Shown: positions 1-8,815, counted from the first letter of the stretch. The stretch is DNA of 8,946 bases from Octopus sinensis (GCF_006345805.1 NW_021828151.1:1-8946), one strand, 5' to 3'. The notes: generated by a model not told the origin, from the sequence alone. Numbers and translations: made by a program.

Positions 1-319
1 AGCCCAGTACTTATTCTATCGGTCTCTTTTTGCCGAACCGCTAAGTGATGGGGACGTAAACACACCAGCATCGTTGTCAAGCAATGCTAGGGGGACAAAC
101 ACAGACACACAACACACACACGCATATATATATATATATTATATATATATATATATATATACATATATACGACGGGCTTCTTTCAGTTTCCGTCTACCAA
201 ATCCACTCACAAGGCATTGGTTGGCCTGGGGCTATAGCAGAAGACACTTGCCCAAGGTGCCACGCAGGGGGAATGAACCTGGAACCATGTGGTTGGTTAG
301 CAAGCTACTTACCACACAG
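1..319 (-). mobile_element. tRNA-derived SINE with CORE-like domain and internal (TA)n/(TG)n tract; 3' end runs off the window
   Basis: Minus strand starts CTGTGTGGTAAGTAGCTTGCT (A-box-like), has B-box-like GGTTCATTCC (270-279), then CACCTTGGGCAAGTGTCTT (241-259), resembling the CORE-SINE/MIR core. Bases 2-22 match 8890-8910 in this window. Family recognised from memory as an abundant octopus SINE. Confidence 0.8.
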
Positions 320-424
320 TGTTTATTTACATGCATATATATATATTAATAGGTACACATATACATATATATTTGTATATACGTATACACACATACACAT
401 ACACACATATACACATTGTATATA
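320..424. repeat. degenerate (TA)n/(CA)n microsatellite
   Basis: Alternating TA/CA/TACA runs seen directly. Confidence 0.85.
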
Positions 425-978
425 ACTTGCATCAAGCCAAGCTTTCTAAGTCAAATTTAGCTTTGATACAGGTTTCACATAAACTTTGTCAGCGCAATAG
501 TGTAAGGGCAGAAATGATCGTGGAAAACATTTAGCACTAACACACAAATCTAAATGCATTAATGCACTAAAACTATGTGTTCATAATACAGGCGTCTATA
601 TCTCTATAGGCCTCTATATCATTCTCTATATCTCTAGTTTGCACTATTCCAGAAAACAGAAGTGAATTAGAAAGATCTTAGAAAGATAGCTGAAGAAAAT
701 ACAAAGAGTTTGACGTCACAAAAGCGTATTTTCGAATCTTCTTCTCAAGGACATTACTAATCATTTCTAACATCACATTTTTTTAACTTTATGCTAATGA
801 TACTACTTTTCAATCTCTATATTTGTCCATTTACAGTGTTGCCAGATATCAGGGTTAAGGTTTGAGGAGATATTGGTGCTGATTCTCATAAATTACTATA
901 CAAAATTTCACTGTGGGATATAACGTTGTAAGTGCTTGCTTTGTAGCTTCTACATGATGATTAGATGCGCAAACAAAT

Positions 979-1002
979 TATATATATATATATATATATA
1001 TA
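979..1002. repeat. (TA)n microsatellite
   Basis: Perfect TA run. Confidence 0.95.
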
Positions 1003-1338
1003 AATTTATAAATGAGGGTGAAAAATTGATATTAATTTAATAATACCATTAATTTAACACCGAGTGGCTTAGCACAAAAAACTACGGAGAAAATACAAAT
1101 TTATACATAAATTATTAGAGAGTTAACCACTATGTGGATAACTCTAGTGCTAAAAATAGCCCCGATAGTATAGCCACAGAAAAAAGATGTTTCCAACTAG
1201 AAGTAACATACATTTAACGGAAGGAAAGTGAAATATAACAAATAAATAGATTGACTCTGAACAAATTGTTTCATTACTAATGTAATATGTAGTTTTACTT
1301 ACATACACATCTATAAATCTTCAGCAGAGGTTTCTTAA
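1003..1338 (-). mobile_element. putative Penelope-like pseudo-LTR / retrozyme-like non-autonomous element in a (TA)n tract
   Basis: Complex-sequence island bounded by (TA)n on both sides and carrying a hammerhead-like motif near its minus-strand 5' end. Boundaries and family assignment are inferred. Confidence 0.45.
1255..1329 (-). ncRNA. type I hammerhead ribozyme-like motif (probably degenerate)
   Basis: Minus strand reads CTCTG-CTGAAGA-[hairpin ATGTGTATGTAAGT-AAA-ACTACATATTACAT]-GAA-ACA-ATT-TGT-T-CAGAG. This gives stem I CTCTG/CAGAG, a CUGANGA box, a long stem II, GAAA, a short stem III and a GUU triplet. Confidence 0.6.
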
Positions 1339-1440
1339 ATACATATATATATATATATAGACACGTACATATATATATATATAATGCATATAAATATGTA
1401 CACATTGTATATATATATTAATATATATATTATTTATATA

Positions 1441-1485
<45 letters not shown>
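1339..1485. repeat. (TA)n-rich microsatellite
   Basis: Interrupted and perfect TA runs. Confidence 0.95.
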
Positions 1486-1487
<2 letters not shown>

Positions 1488-1491
1488 CATA

Positions 1492-1788
1492 ATTATTATC
1501 GTTGTTGTTTTCTATATATAATCTGCATTTTTTTTCCAAACACTTGACACAGCATACTCAGTGCCATGGGGCAGGTGAAGGATAAGAGATGTTGAAATAT
1601 AACTGAAAGCTTGAGGAGGAGAAGGGAAGTGGTAGGGGCAGTAGAAAATATATTCATGTAACACAGCACATGCATTAAACTGACAGGGATTTTCTAAGGA
1701 TGTGGGCAGTACTTGTCAGCACATACTTTCGGATTTCTCTGAGACATGGTACTCCTGGGATTTTGTCTAGATGTTTCTCACATACTTT
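1492..1788 (-). mobile_element. 3'-terminal fragment of a second R4/Dong-like non-LTR element (ORF C-terminus, 3' UTR, short AAC/TAA tail)
   Basis: Minus frame 1788->1675 reads KVCEKHLDKIPGVPCLREIRKYVLTSTAHILRKSLSV*, matching the typical C-terminal 'QK..L.GTA.ILRK.L*' helix of RLE elements. AACAACAACGATAATAAT follows ~170 nt after the stop. The lower boundary is approximate. Confidence 0.65.
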
Positions 1789-1883
1789 TATCATTATTAT
1801 CATCTCTTTATCACAGGTTTTGTTGAAGCTCCTGGCATCTTGCATGCGTAGCGGGCTTACTACCTGCAGCCTATTTTATCATG

Positions 1884-3860
1884 CTATTTGTTCTTTTCAG
1901 CTAATACTTTCCTGATTATTCTGGCCGTGCCAAGGAGGCAAAACCTTTTGTAACAGTTCTACTGGGCATTCTATTCCAATTTCCTTTATATTATCCTTGA
2001 TGCCTTCTAATACTGTTCCCATGAACCCAAAAATAATTGGTATTATCTTCTCCTTCTTCATTTTCCATAGCCGGGCTATTTCTTACTTAAGAGAATTGTA
2101 CCAATCTGTCTTTCCGTATTCTTTCTTGACTATTTGTGGGTCAAAGGAGCGTGCAACATCAACTATATAGCATATGTGGTGCACCTTGTCCACCACCACT
2201 AGGTCCAGTCTACTATGCTTTAGCACCTTATCTGTTTGGATTGAGAAATGCCACAGAATTTTGCTTGTCTCCGACTCTGCCACTCTGCGTTCTGTGTTCA
2301 TCTTGCCTTTCTCTAGCCTCCACTTTTCGCACAGCTTCCAATGTAGCACTTTCACCACTTGGTCGTGTCACCAAAACTTGTAGTGGTTTTGAGAAAGTCT
2401 AGGGCATTCGTTCGTGATATGGGCAATGGTTTCATCTACTCTATTGCAAATGCGACACAGCGGAGACACTTTCTCATTCCTAAGGTTGACCCTCCAGTTT
2501 GTGGCCAGGTCTTCGTCCCGCGCTGCCAGTATAGTGCTTTCGGTTTCTTCTTTTAGGGTTACTTTCATCAGCCAATCCCACATATTTTATCCAGCAACTT
2601 CTGTTGCGGCTACATGAAATTGATTGTATAGCCTCTTCTTGCATAAGTCTTCTTCATGTCCTTCTTGTACTTCTTCCTTTGTTTTTCCTTTTTCTCAGCT
2701 TTCAGTACTTCCTCATTCTTAGCTGTCACTAGCAAGGTTTCCTTACTTTGGGCTAAGTATCTCATTAAACTCGAGCTCGATACGCACGCAGTCTTCCACA
2801 CTTAGCAGTACCCTTCCTCCATTTTCTCTCTTCATGCATAGGCGATCAATGTCTGCTCGTGGATGAGCAGCCGTTTCTTCACTTCTTGTCCCTCTCCTTT
2901 AGCTCCTCCTCTGTCTACTTTCAGGATTCCAGCGCAATACCGAACTACTGCGACTGCGTGCGAGTTTATTGCCGAAATTATGTGTCTAGCATTCAGCTTT
3001 GAAGCTACTATTTTTCTCACTCGCCGCAGGTATTCTCTTTTTGTCTTTTCCTTCTTGTCGTGGTGTTTGATTCCATCTGCCTCAAGTATTCCCAGGCATT
3101 TGTAGTTAGACTGAGGTTGAATTGCCTTCATCATTTCACCACTTGGCAACAATATGGCTTCTGTCCTGTCAAGCTTTCCTCGTCTCATCACCATCGTAGC
3201 ACATTTTGAGAGTCCAAACTCTATTTTTATATCATTGGAGAAAATTTGCACTGACTGGTCTAGGCTGTCCAGTTCTGCGTCAGTTTTTGTGAATAGCTTC
3301 AGGTCGTCTTTGAATAGCGTGTGGTTTAGTTTTCCCTTACTTCTTCCCTGATCATATCCCAACTTTGTTTTCTGTAGTATTTCACTCAAGGGGATCATTC
3401 CCAGCTCGAATATCAGTGGTGACGCACTGTCTCCTTGAAAGATTCCTCTCTTCATTTTCACCTCCCCTAGTACTTCCTTCCCTGCTGTCAATTGTATTCT
3501 CCAGCATTTCATGCTATTTTCTATAAGGCTTCTCATATTCTCTGCTGCTCCATACATTTCCATTGTTCTTATCATCCAGGAGTTTGGTATCGTATCGTAG
3601 ACGGGCGAAATACTTAGCGGTATTTCGTCTGCCGTTACGTTCTGAGTTCGAATTCCGCCGAGGTCGATAAATTAAGTACCAGTTACACACTGGGGTCGAT
3701 GTAATCGACTTAATACCTTTGTCTGTCCTTGTTTGTCCCCTCTATGTTTAGCCCCTTGTGGGTAATAAACAAATAGGTATCGTATACTTTGCGGTAGTCA
3801 ACCCATGCCATGCTCATGTTTGTATGTCTTCTCTTGCAGTTCCTGATAATTAGATTATGG
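1884..3860 (-). pseudogene. reverse transcriptase / zinc knuckle / restriction-like endonuclease polyprotein remnant
   Basis: RT motifs AWVDYRKVYDT|IPNSW, RGIFQGDSASPLIF, NHTLFKDDLKLF and FGLSKC, YKCLGI. Also KEETESTILAARDE, CRICNRVDETIAHITNEC (CCHC), W*HD (decayed RHD), SRLDLVVVD..CYIVDVA (decayed PD..D) and CLLGTARIIRKVL. It is broken by stops (2368-2370, 2083-2085), frameshifts and a SINE insertion. Confidence 0.9.
3600..3776 (+). mobile_element. 5'-truncated tRNA-derived SINE inserted in the RT gene, 8-bp TSD GTATCGTA
   Basis: B-box-like GAGTTCGAATTCC (3644-3656), A-rich end AATAAACAAATA, TSD at 3592-3599 and 3777-3784. Homologous segments lie at 3966-4016 (-) and 8908-8946 (-). Confidence 0.85.
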
Positions 3861-3934
3861 TCATTCTGAAAACGGGTAGACAGAACTCGTGGGCCTTCTA
3901 GGAGAAGGAACACTGATTTAAAAACTAGGGCACT

Positions 3935-4016
3935 AGTCGATCGCATTCGTTCCAGTGCTTCACTCGTACTTCATTTATCGACCTCGAAAGGATGAATGGC
4001 AAAGTCGACCTCGGCG
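3935..4016 (-). mobile_element. fragment of the same SINE family (central domain)
   Basis: Minus strand CGCCGAGGTCGACTTTGCCATTCATCCTTTCGAGGTCGATAAATGAAGTAC aligns with 3656-3679. From memory it resembles the MetaSINE central domain (unverified). Confidence 0.75.
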
Positions 4017-4079
4017 AAACGTTCTTTTCGCTGTGTTATCTCCTTTACGCCGCTATACAAATACATTACCTTACATATT

Positions 4080-4727
4080 ATGGAAGTACTCCGTCGGTTA
4101 CGGCGATGAGGGTTCCGGTTGATCCGATCAACGGAACAGCCTGCTCGTGAAATTAACGTGTAAGTGGCTGAGCACTCCACAGACACGTGTACCCTTAACG
4201 TAGTTCTCGGGGATATTCAGCGTGACACAGAGAGTGACAAGGCCGGCCCTTTGAAATACAGGTACAACAGAAACAGGAAGTAAGATGAGAGAAAGTTGTG
4301 GTGAAAGAGTACAGCAGGTTCACCACCATCATCCCTTGCCGGAGCTCGTGGAGCTTTTTTAGGTGTTTTTTTCGCTCAATAACACTCACAACGCCCGGTC
4401 TGGAATCGAAACCGGTTCCTACGACCGCGAGTCCGCTGCCCTAACCACTGGGCCATTGCGCCTCGTAGTTCTCGGGGATATTCAGCGTGACACAGGGAGT
4501 GACAAGGCGGCCCTTTTGAAATACAGGTACAACAGAAACAGGAAGTAAGAGTGAGAGAAAGTTGTGGTGAAAGAGTACAGCAGGGATCACCATCATCCCC
4601 TGCCGAGCCGCGTGGAGCTTTTTTAGGTGTTTTTTTCGCTCAATAAACACTCACAACGCCGTCTGGAATCGAAACCGCGTTCCTACGACGCGAGTCGCCT
4701 GCCCTAACCACTGGCCATTGCGCCTCC
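4080..4727 (-). mobile_element. tRNA-derived SINE with tandemly duplicated head and body, 12-bp TSD ACCTTACATATT
   Basis: Minus-strand heads read (G)GAGGCGCAATGGCC(C)AGTGGTTAGGGCAG (A box) ... GGTTTCGATTCC (B box), beginning at 4727 and 4464. The ~265-bp units are 4200-4464 and 4465-4726. TSD at 4068-4079 and 4728-4739. Confidence 0.85.
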
Positions 4728-4817
4728 ACCTTACATATTTACAATACATTTTTGTGTGTGTTTGTTTTTAGCCGTTATAATATATTTCCAGCTACTTCAA
4801 TCATCTTCTGACATATA

Positions 4818-5000
4818 TGTTATTGTTGTTCTTGTTCTGTTCTATGTCGCTAGTGTTGTTGTTGTTGTTGTCGTCGTCGTTACTGCCATGTGCACTCTTA
4901 CCGAAGCAGTTGCTGCTTTTGTGTTTATTGTTATCACCACTACTACTGCTACTACAACTACTACTACTACTACCAGTACTACTACTGCTACTAGTGCATC

Positions 5001-5046
<46 letters not shown>

Positions 5047-5098
5047 TACTAATATTTCCAATCTCGCAGTTGTGTGTCTTTCAGTAATAGTAGTAGTA

Positions 5099-5177
<79 letters not shown>

Positions 5178-5194
5178 CAGCAGCAGCAGCAGTG

Positions 5195-5242
<48 letters not shown>

Positions 5243-5415
5243 CAGTAGCAGCAGCAGCAGTAGTAGTAGTAGTAGTAGTAGTATAGTAGTAGCAGTAGCA
5301 GCAGCAGCAGTAGTAGCAGTCGTAGTAGTAGTAGTAGTAGTAGTAGTAGCAGTAGTAGTAGTAATAGTAGTAGTAGTAGTAGTGGCAGCAGTAACAACTG
5401 TAGTCGTAGTCGTTG

Positions 5416-5453
<38 letters not shown>

Positions 5454-5471
5454 GGTGGTGGTGGTGGTGGT
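4818..5471. repeat. compound trinucleotide microsatellite (GTT)n,(CTA)n,(TAG)n/(CAG)n,(GTT)n,(GGT)n
   Basis: Seen directly; it accounts for the poly-L/V/S/T/Y ORFs. Confidence 0.95.
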
Positions 5472-5579
5472 GCGATCATTATTGATAATATAGTTAATGT
5501 CATTAACAGTGAATATCTCAATCAATTTGGACTTTAAGTAGATTCATTAACTGAAAAAAAAGGTGCACGTCTACGTTTC

Positions 5580-5892
5580 GTTCCTTTTTTTATTCAGTCC
5601 TTCCCTCTTCCTCCTCCCCTTCTTATCTCCCTCTCATTCTTTTATCAAAATTTCTTTCTCTAACTCTCAGTCAGTATCTTCACTCTCTCTCTCTCTCTCC
5701 CCTATCTTCTTTCTCTCTCTCTTTCTCTCGCTCTTTCTCTCTCTCTCTCTCTCCTCTCTCTCATACACACACACACACACACTTTCGATCTCTCTCAAAA
5801 TCTACTCTTCCCGGTCTCTCTCCCTCTAATTTTACTCCTTATCACACGTGCTCTACTCTCTTTTCTCTCTCTCTTTTTGTCTCCCTCTCTCC

Positions 5893-5936
<44 letters not shown>

Positions 5937-6025
5937 TTTTCGATCTCTCTCAAAATCTACTCTTCACAGTCTGTCTCTAATTCTGCTCCTTATCACACGC
6001 GATCTACTTGTCTCTCTCTCTCTCT

Positions 6026-6079
<54 letters not shown>

Positions 6080-6313
6080 TTCTATCCCGCATCACTACTC
6101 TCACGGTCTCTCTCTGCAACTCTCCTCCTTGTCACACTCTTTTTATCCCCTCTTTCTGTTTCCCTCTCTCTCTATATATATATATATCTGTCTCTGTCTC
6201 TGTCTCTGTCTCTCTCTCAATCTTCTGCCGTCCTTATCCCTCTCAGTCTTTCTCCCAACTACTATCCCCTCATCACTTACCTCACGGTCTCTCTCTCTCT
6301 CTTCCTCCTTTTT
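5580..6313. repeat. (CT)n-rich polypyrimidine tract with (CA)n and internal block duplications
   Basis: CT runs. TTTCGATCTCTCTCAAAATCTACTCTTC occurs at 5783 and 5938, and TATCCC..CATCACT..CTCACGGTCTCTCT at ~6083 and ~6263. Confidence 0.9.
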
Positions 6314-6552
6314 AAATTATACACGCTATTTCAACAAGCCATAGATGTTATAATATCGCGTCGTCAGCTATTCATCACCGAATCATTTCCACACTTCGCT
6401 CTTCTGTATTGAAGAGAAAAAAATTAATCCAACAAAAAGAGATTAAAATAAGTGACAAGAAAAAGAATAAGAACAATTTTGTATAACAATATAATCAAAA
6501 TTCAAAATTCAATATATTTTTTATTAAATCATAACTTCGCCAAATGTAATCA

Positions 6553-6588
6553 ATATATATATATGTATACTATATATATATATATATA

Positions 6589-6629
<41 letters not shown>

Positions 6630-6878
6630 TATATATATGTATAGTATATTATATATATCTATATATATGTATATATGTATATTATATGTGATATATATAT
6701 ATATATATATATATTATTATATTATATATATACATATATATCTGTACACACACATATGTATGTATGTGTATATATATATATTATATATAGTGTATGTATG
6801 GGGTATGTTTATGCATACAGGGGAAAAGTTTGTGAATACATAAAAATATATTTATACACACGCGAAGTTAACTACTCT

Positions 6879-6933
<55 letters not shown>

Positions 6934-7113
6934 CAATATATATATATACACTAATACACACACACACACACACTCACACACCACACCACTGTATATATGA
7001 ATGTGTGTGTGCGTGTGTATGATATAAGAAACAGCTATATTCAATGTTTTACAGAACAAACATGCATGCAATACATTCTATAAACAGAGGTATAATCACG
7101 AATAGATGGACAC

Positions 7114-7176
<63 letters not shown>

Positions 7177-7243
7177 GCTTGCTACAAAGGAGCATACATA
7201 CAAACTATACATATATGGATACAGATACAAACACATACAAACG

Positions 7244-7279
<36 letters not shown>

Positions 7280-7304
7280 CTATATATATATAATATATAT
7301 ATAT

Positions 7305-7341
<37 letters not shown>

Positions 7342-7520
7342 CAAACGCACACAAAACCATTCAGACATATATATATATATATATATAATATATATACATG
7401 CATAATACATACACATACTTACACACTACTTACATATGCACACATATATACGCGCACATACATACTGTGTACGGACATCCATACATACACATTTGCACAC
7501 ACCCATATATATATATACCA
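6553..7520. repeat. ~1-kb compound (TA)n/(CA)n/(TG)n microsatellite region
   Basis: Seen directly; it accounts for the YIYI/HTHT ORFs. Confidence 0.95.
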
Positions 7521-7717
7521 CAATGCATATTTGCAAACAGAAGTGCATCCTTATGTACAAACATACATAGTATTACATAACATATCTTCCACAAATGATT
7601 CGATGTATATCAATAGAGACAGTTTAGCAAGGCCTTCACCTCCACAACCGCCTTCCTATTTCGATGTTTGCTTATTATCTTTACTTCCAAAAAAAATGAA
7701 AAAAGGGATTGGTTGCA

Positions 7718-8111
7718 TCTCTCTATATATAAACGGCAGTTTGTCTGTCTGCGTGTCTGTGTGTCTGTTAGGTTGTACCCTCACCCTGACCACGGCTTTC
7801 AACGATTCTGATGAAACTTGACACACCATAGCCCAATATCATAATTCAAAACTACGCAGCGAAATTTAGAAAAGTTCCCCCAGTTCTGAAAAAAATCGAT
7901 AAATTCGACATGGGGTCGAGAATCTAGAAACACAAACCACAGACTGTCTAGGGGATGCAACTCGACCTTTTTAACTCTCAAAAAAATTTACCATCATTTT
8001 TTCCCATTTTTAATGCATTTTTTTGCTATTATATAAGGGAAGTAACTCTCTAAAAATGCTTATATAGTTATTTCCCTTACAAACCCCAGCAACGCCGGGC
8101 GATACTGCTAG
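7718..8111 (+). mobile_element. non-autonomous Helitron, 394 bp
   Basis: Lies between A(7717) and T(8112) with no TSD. 5' end TCTCTCTATATATAAA followed by a GTCT-type repeat; 3' GC hairpin CCCAGC-AAC-GCCGGG (8085-8099), 8 nt before the terminal CTAG (8108-8111). Confidence 0.8.
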
Positions 8112-8418
8112 TACTATATATTTGGGGGCTCAAATTCCAGAGTGGTGCTAGTAACAGACTTAATTTTCGACAATGCGTGTCTTTGCCCTTTCAGCTTTAC
8201 TCGTACTGCAGTATTAGTTATTATCTTTGCAGCGTATCCACATGTCAAAGGCCCCTGCCTTTTGCTGCGTACACTGTCCAAGTGTCTGCGGTCGTAGAAG
8301 ACAATTAGCATAATATAACAACTTGCTAACCTCCATTTTAGATGCGGCTATATGTATTTTGAAGTGATGATCTTTATCATTCTTCTAACTGTTGTTTATC
8401 TTTTATTTGTTTCAGTAA

Positions 8419-8808
8419 CTAGCAGTATCGCCCAGCGTTGCTCGGGTTTGTTTTGAGCCTTTAGAATTGGAATTTTTGAGAAGTAAAAATGTTGCATTAT
8501 GTAGCTTGTTATTCTCTTCAAGTGAACATTTTTCTGGTTGAAATACATCGCAAAATGGCGACACAGCAGTCAAAAAATCGTAAAAAATAGGGATTTTCAT
8601 AGAAAATAAGCATCATTTTTATGTAAATAATCTTTAGTGTTGACATGATCTGATTTTAATTTTTTCTTCTACGGAAGGAAGAGCAAGCCTTCTTCTATCA
8701 CACTCTCAATTTTGGTCAACTTGTGCCGCAGGGTCTCGGAGGAGATAATGTTAGATGAAGGCTACCAAACCTGCTATACAGAGACAACTTCAGCTTTATA
8801 TATAGAGA
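8419..8808 (-). mobile_element. non-autonomous Helitron, 390 bp
   Basis: Minus strand A|TCTCTATATATAAAGCTGAAGTTGTC ... CAAACCCGAGCAACGCTGGGCGATACTGCTAG|T. Same 5' TC, 3' hairpin and CTAG signature and same A|T target as the 7718-8111 element. Confidence 0.8.
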
Positions 8809-8815
8809 TATATTT

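Larger units (their letters stand above)
1788..3860 (-). mobile_element. 5'-truncated, decayed R4/Dong-clade (RLE-type) non-LTR retrotransposon
   Basis: RT motifs, a CCHC knuckle and an RLE domain occur in order on the minus strand. The stop is at 1884-1886, followed by a ~80-nt 3' UTR and a GATGATAATAATGATAA tail (~1788-1805). The 5' boundary is approximate. Confidence 0.9.

Noticed and set aside
74-534. Plus-strand ORFs of 91, 113 and 71 aa
   Set aside because: They overlap a SINE and TA/CA repeats and have no recognisable domain.
711-718. Perfect CRE palindrome TGACGTCA
   Set aside because: A single 8-mer with no promoter context is not distinguishable from chance.
1700-3351. Plus-strand ORFs over the retroelements
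   Set aside because: They are antisense shadows of the minus-strand RT/RLE coding remnants.
4195-4650. Two similar minus-strand ORFs (..IERKKHLKKLH..)
   Set aside because: The similarity comes from the duplicated SINE unit, not from paralogous genes.
4395-4727. tRNA genes at the two A/B-box heads
   Set aside because: They continue into SINE body sequence, carry indels, and lie inside a TSD-flanked insertion, so they are tRNA-derived SINE heads.
4756-7580. Many 60-198 aa ORFs (poly-L/V/S/T/Y, SLSL, YIYI, HTHT)
   Set aside because: They are translations of di- and trinucleotide microsatellites, open in several frames on both strands, with no protein-like complexity.
7808-7817. CTGATGA(AAC) as a second hammerhead core (also CTGAAGA at 690-696)
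   Set aside because: I could not find a stem II, a correctly placed GAAA, or stem I/III pairing for either.
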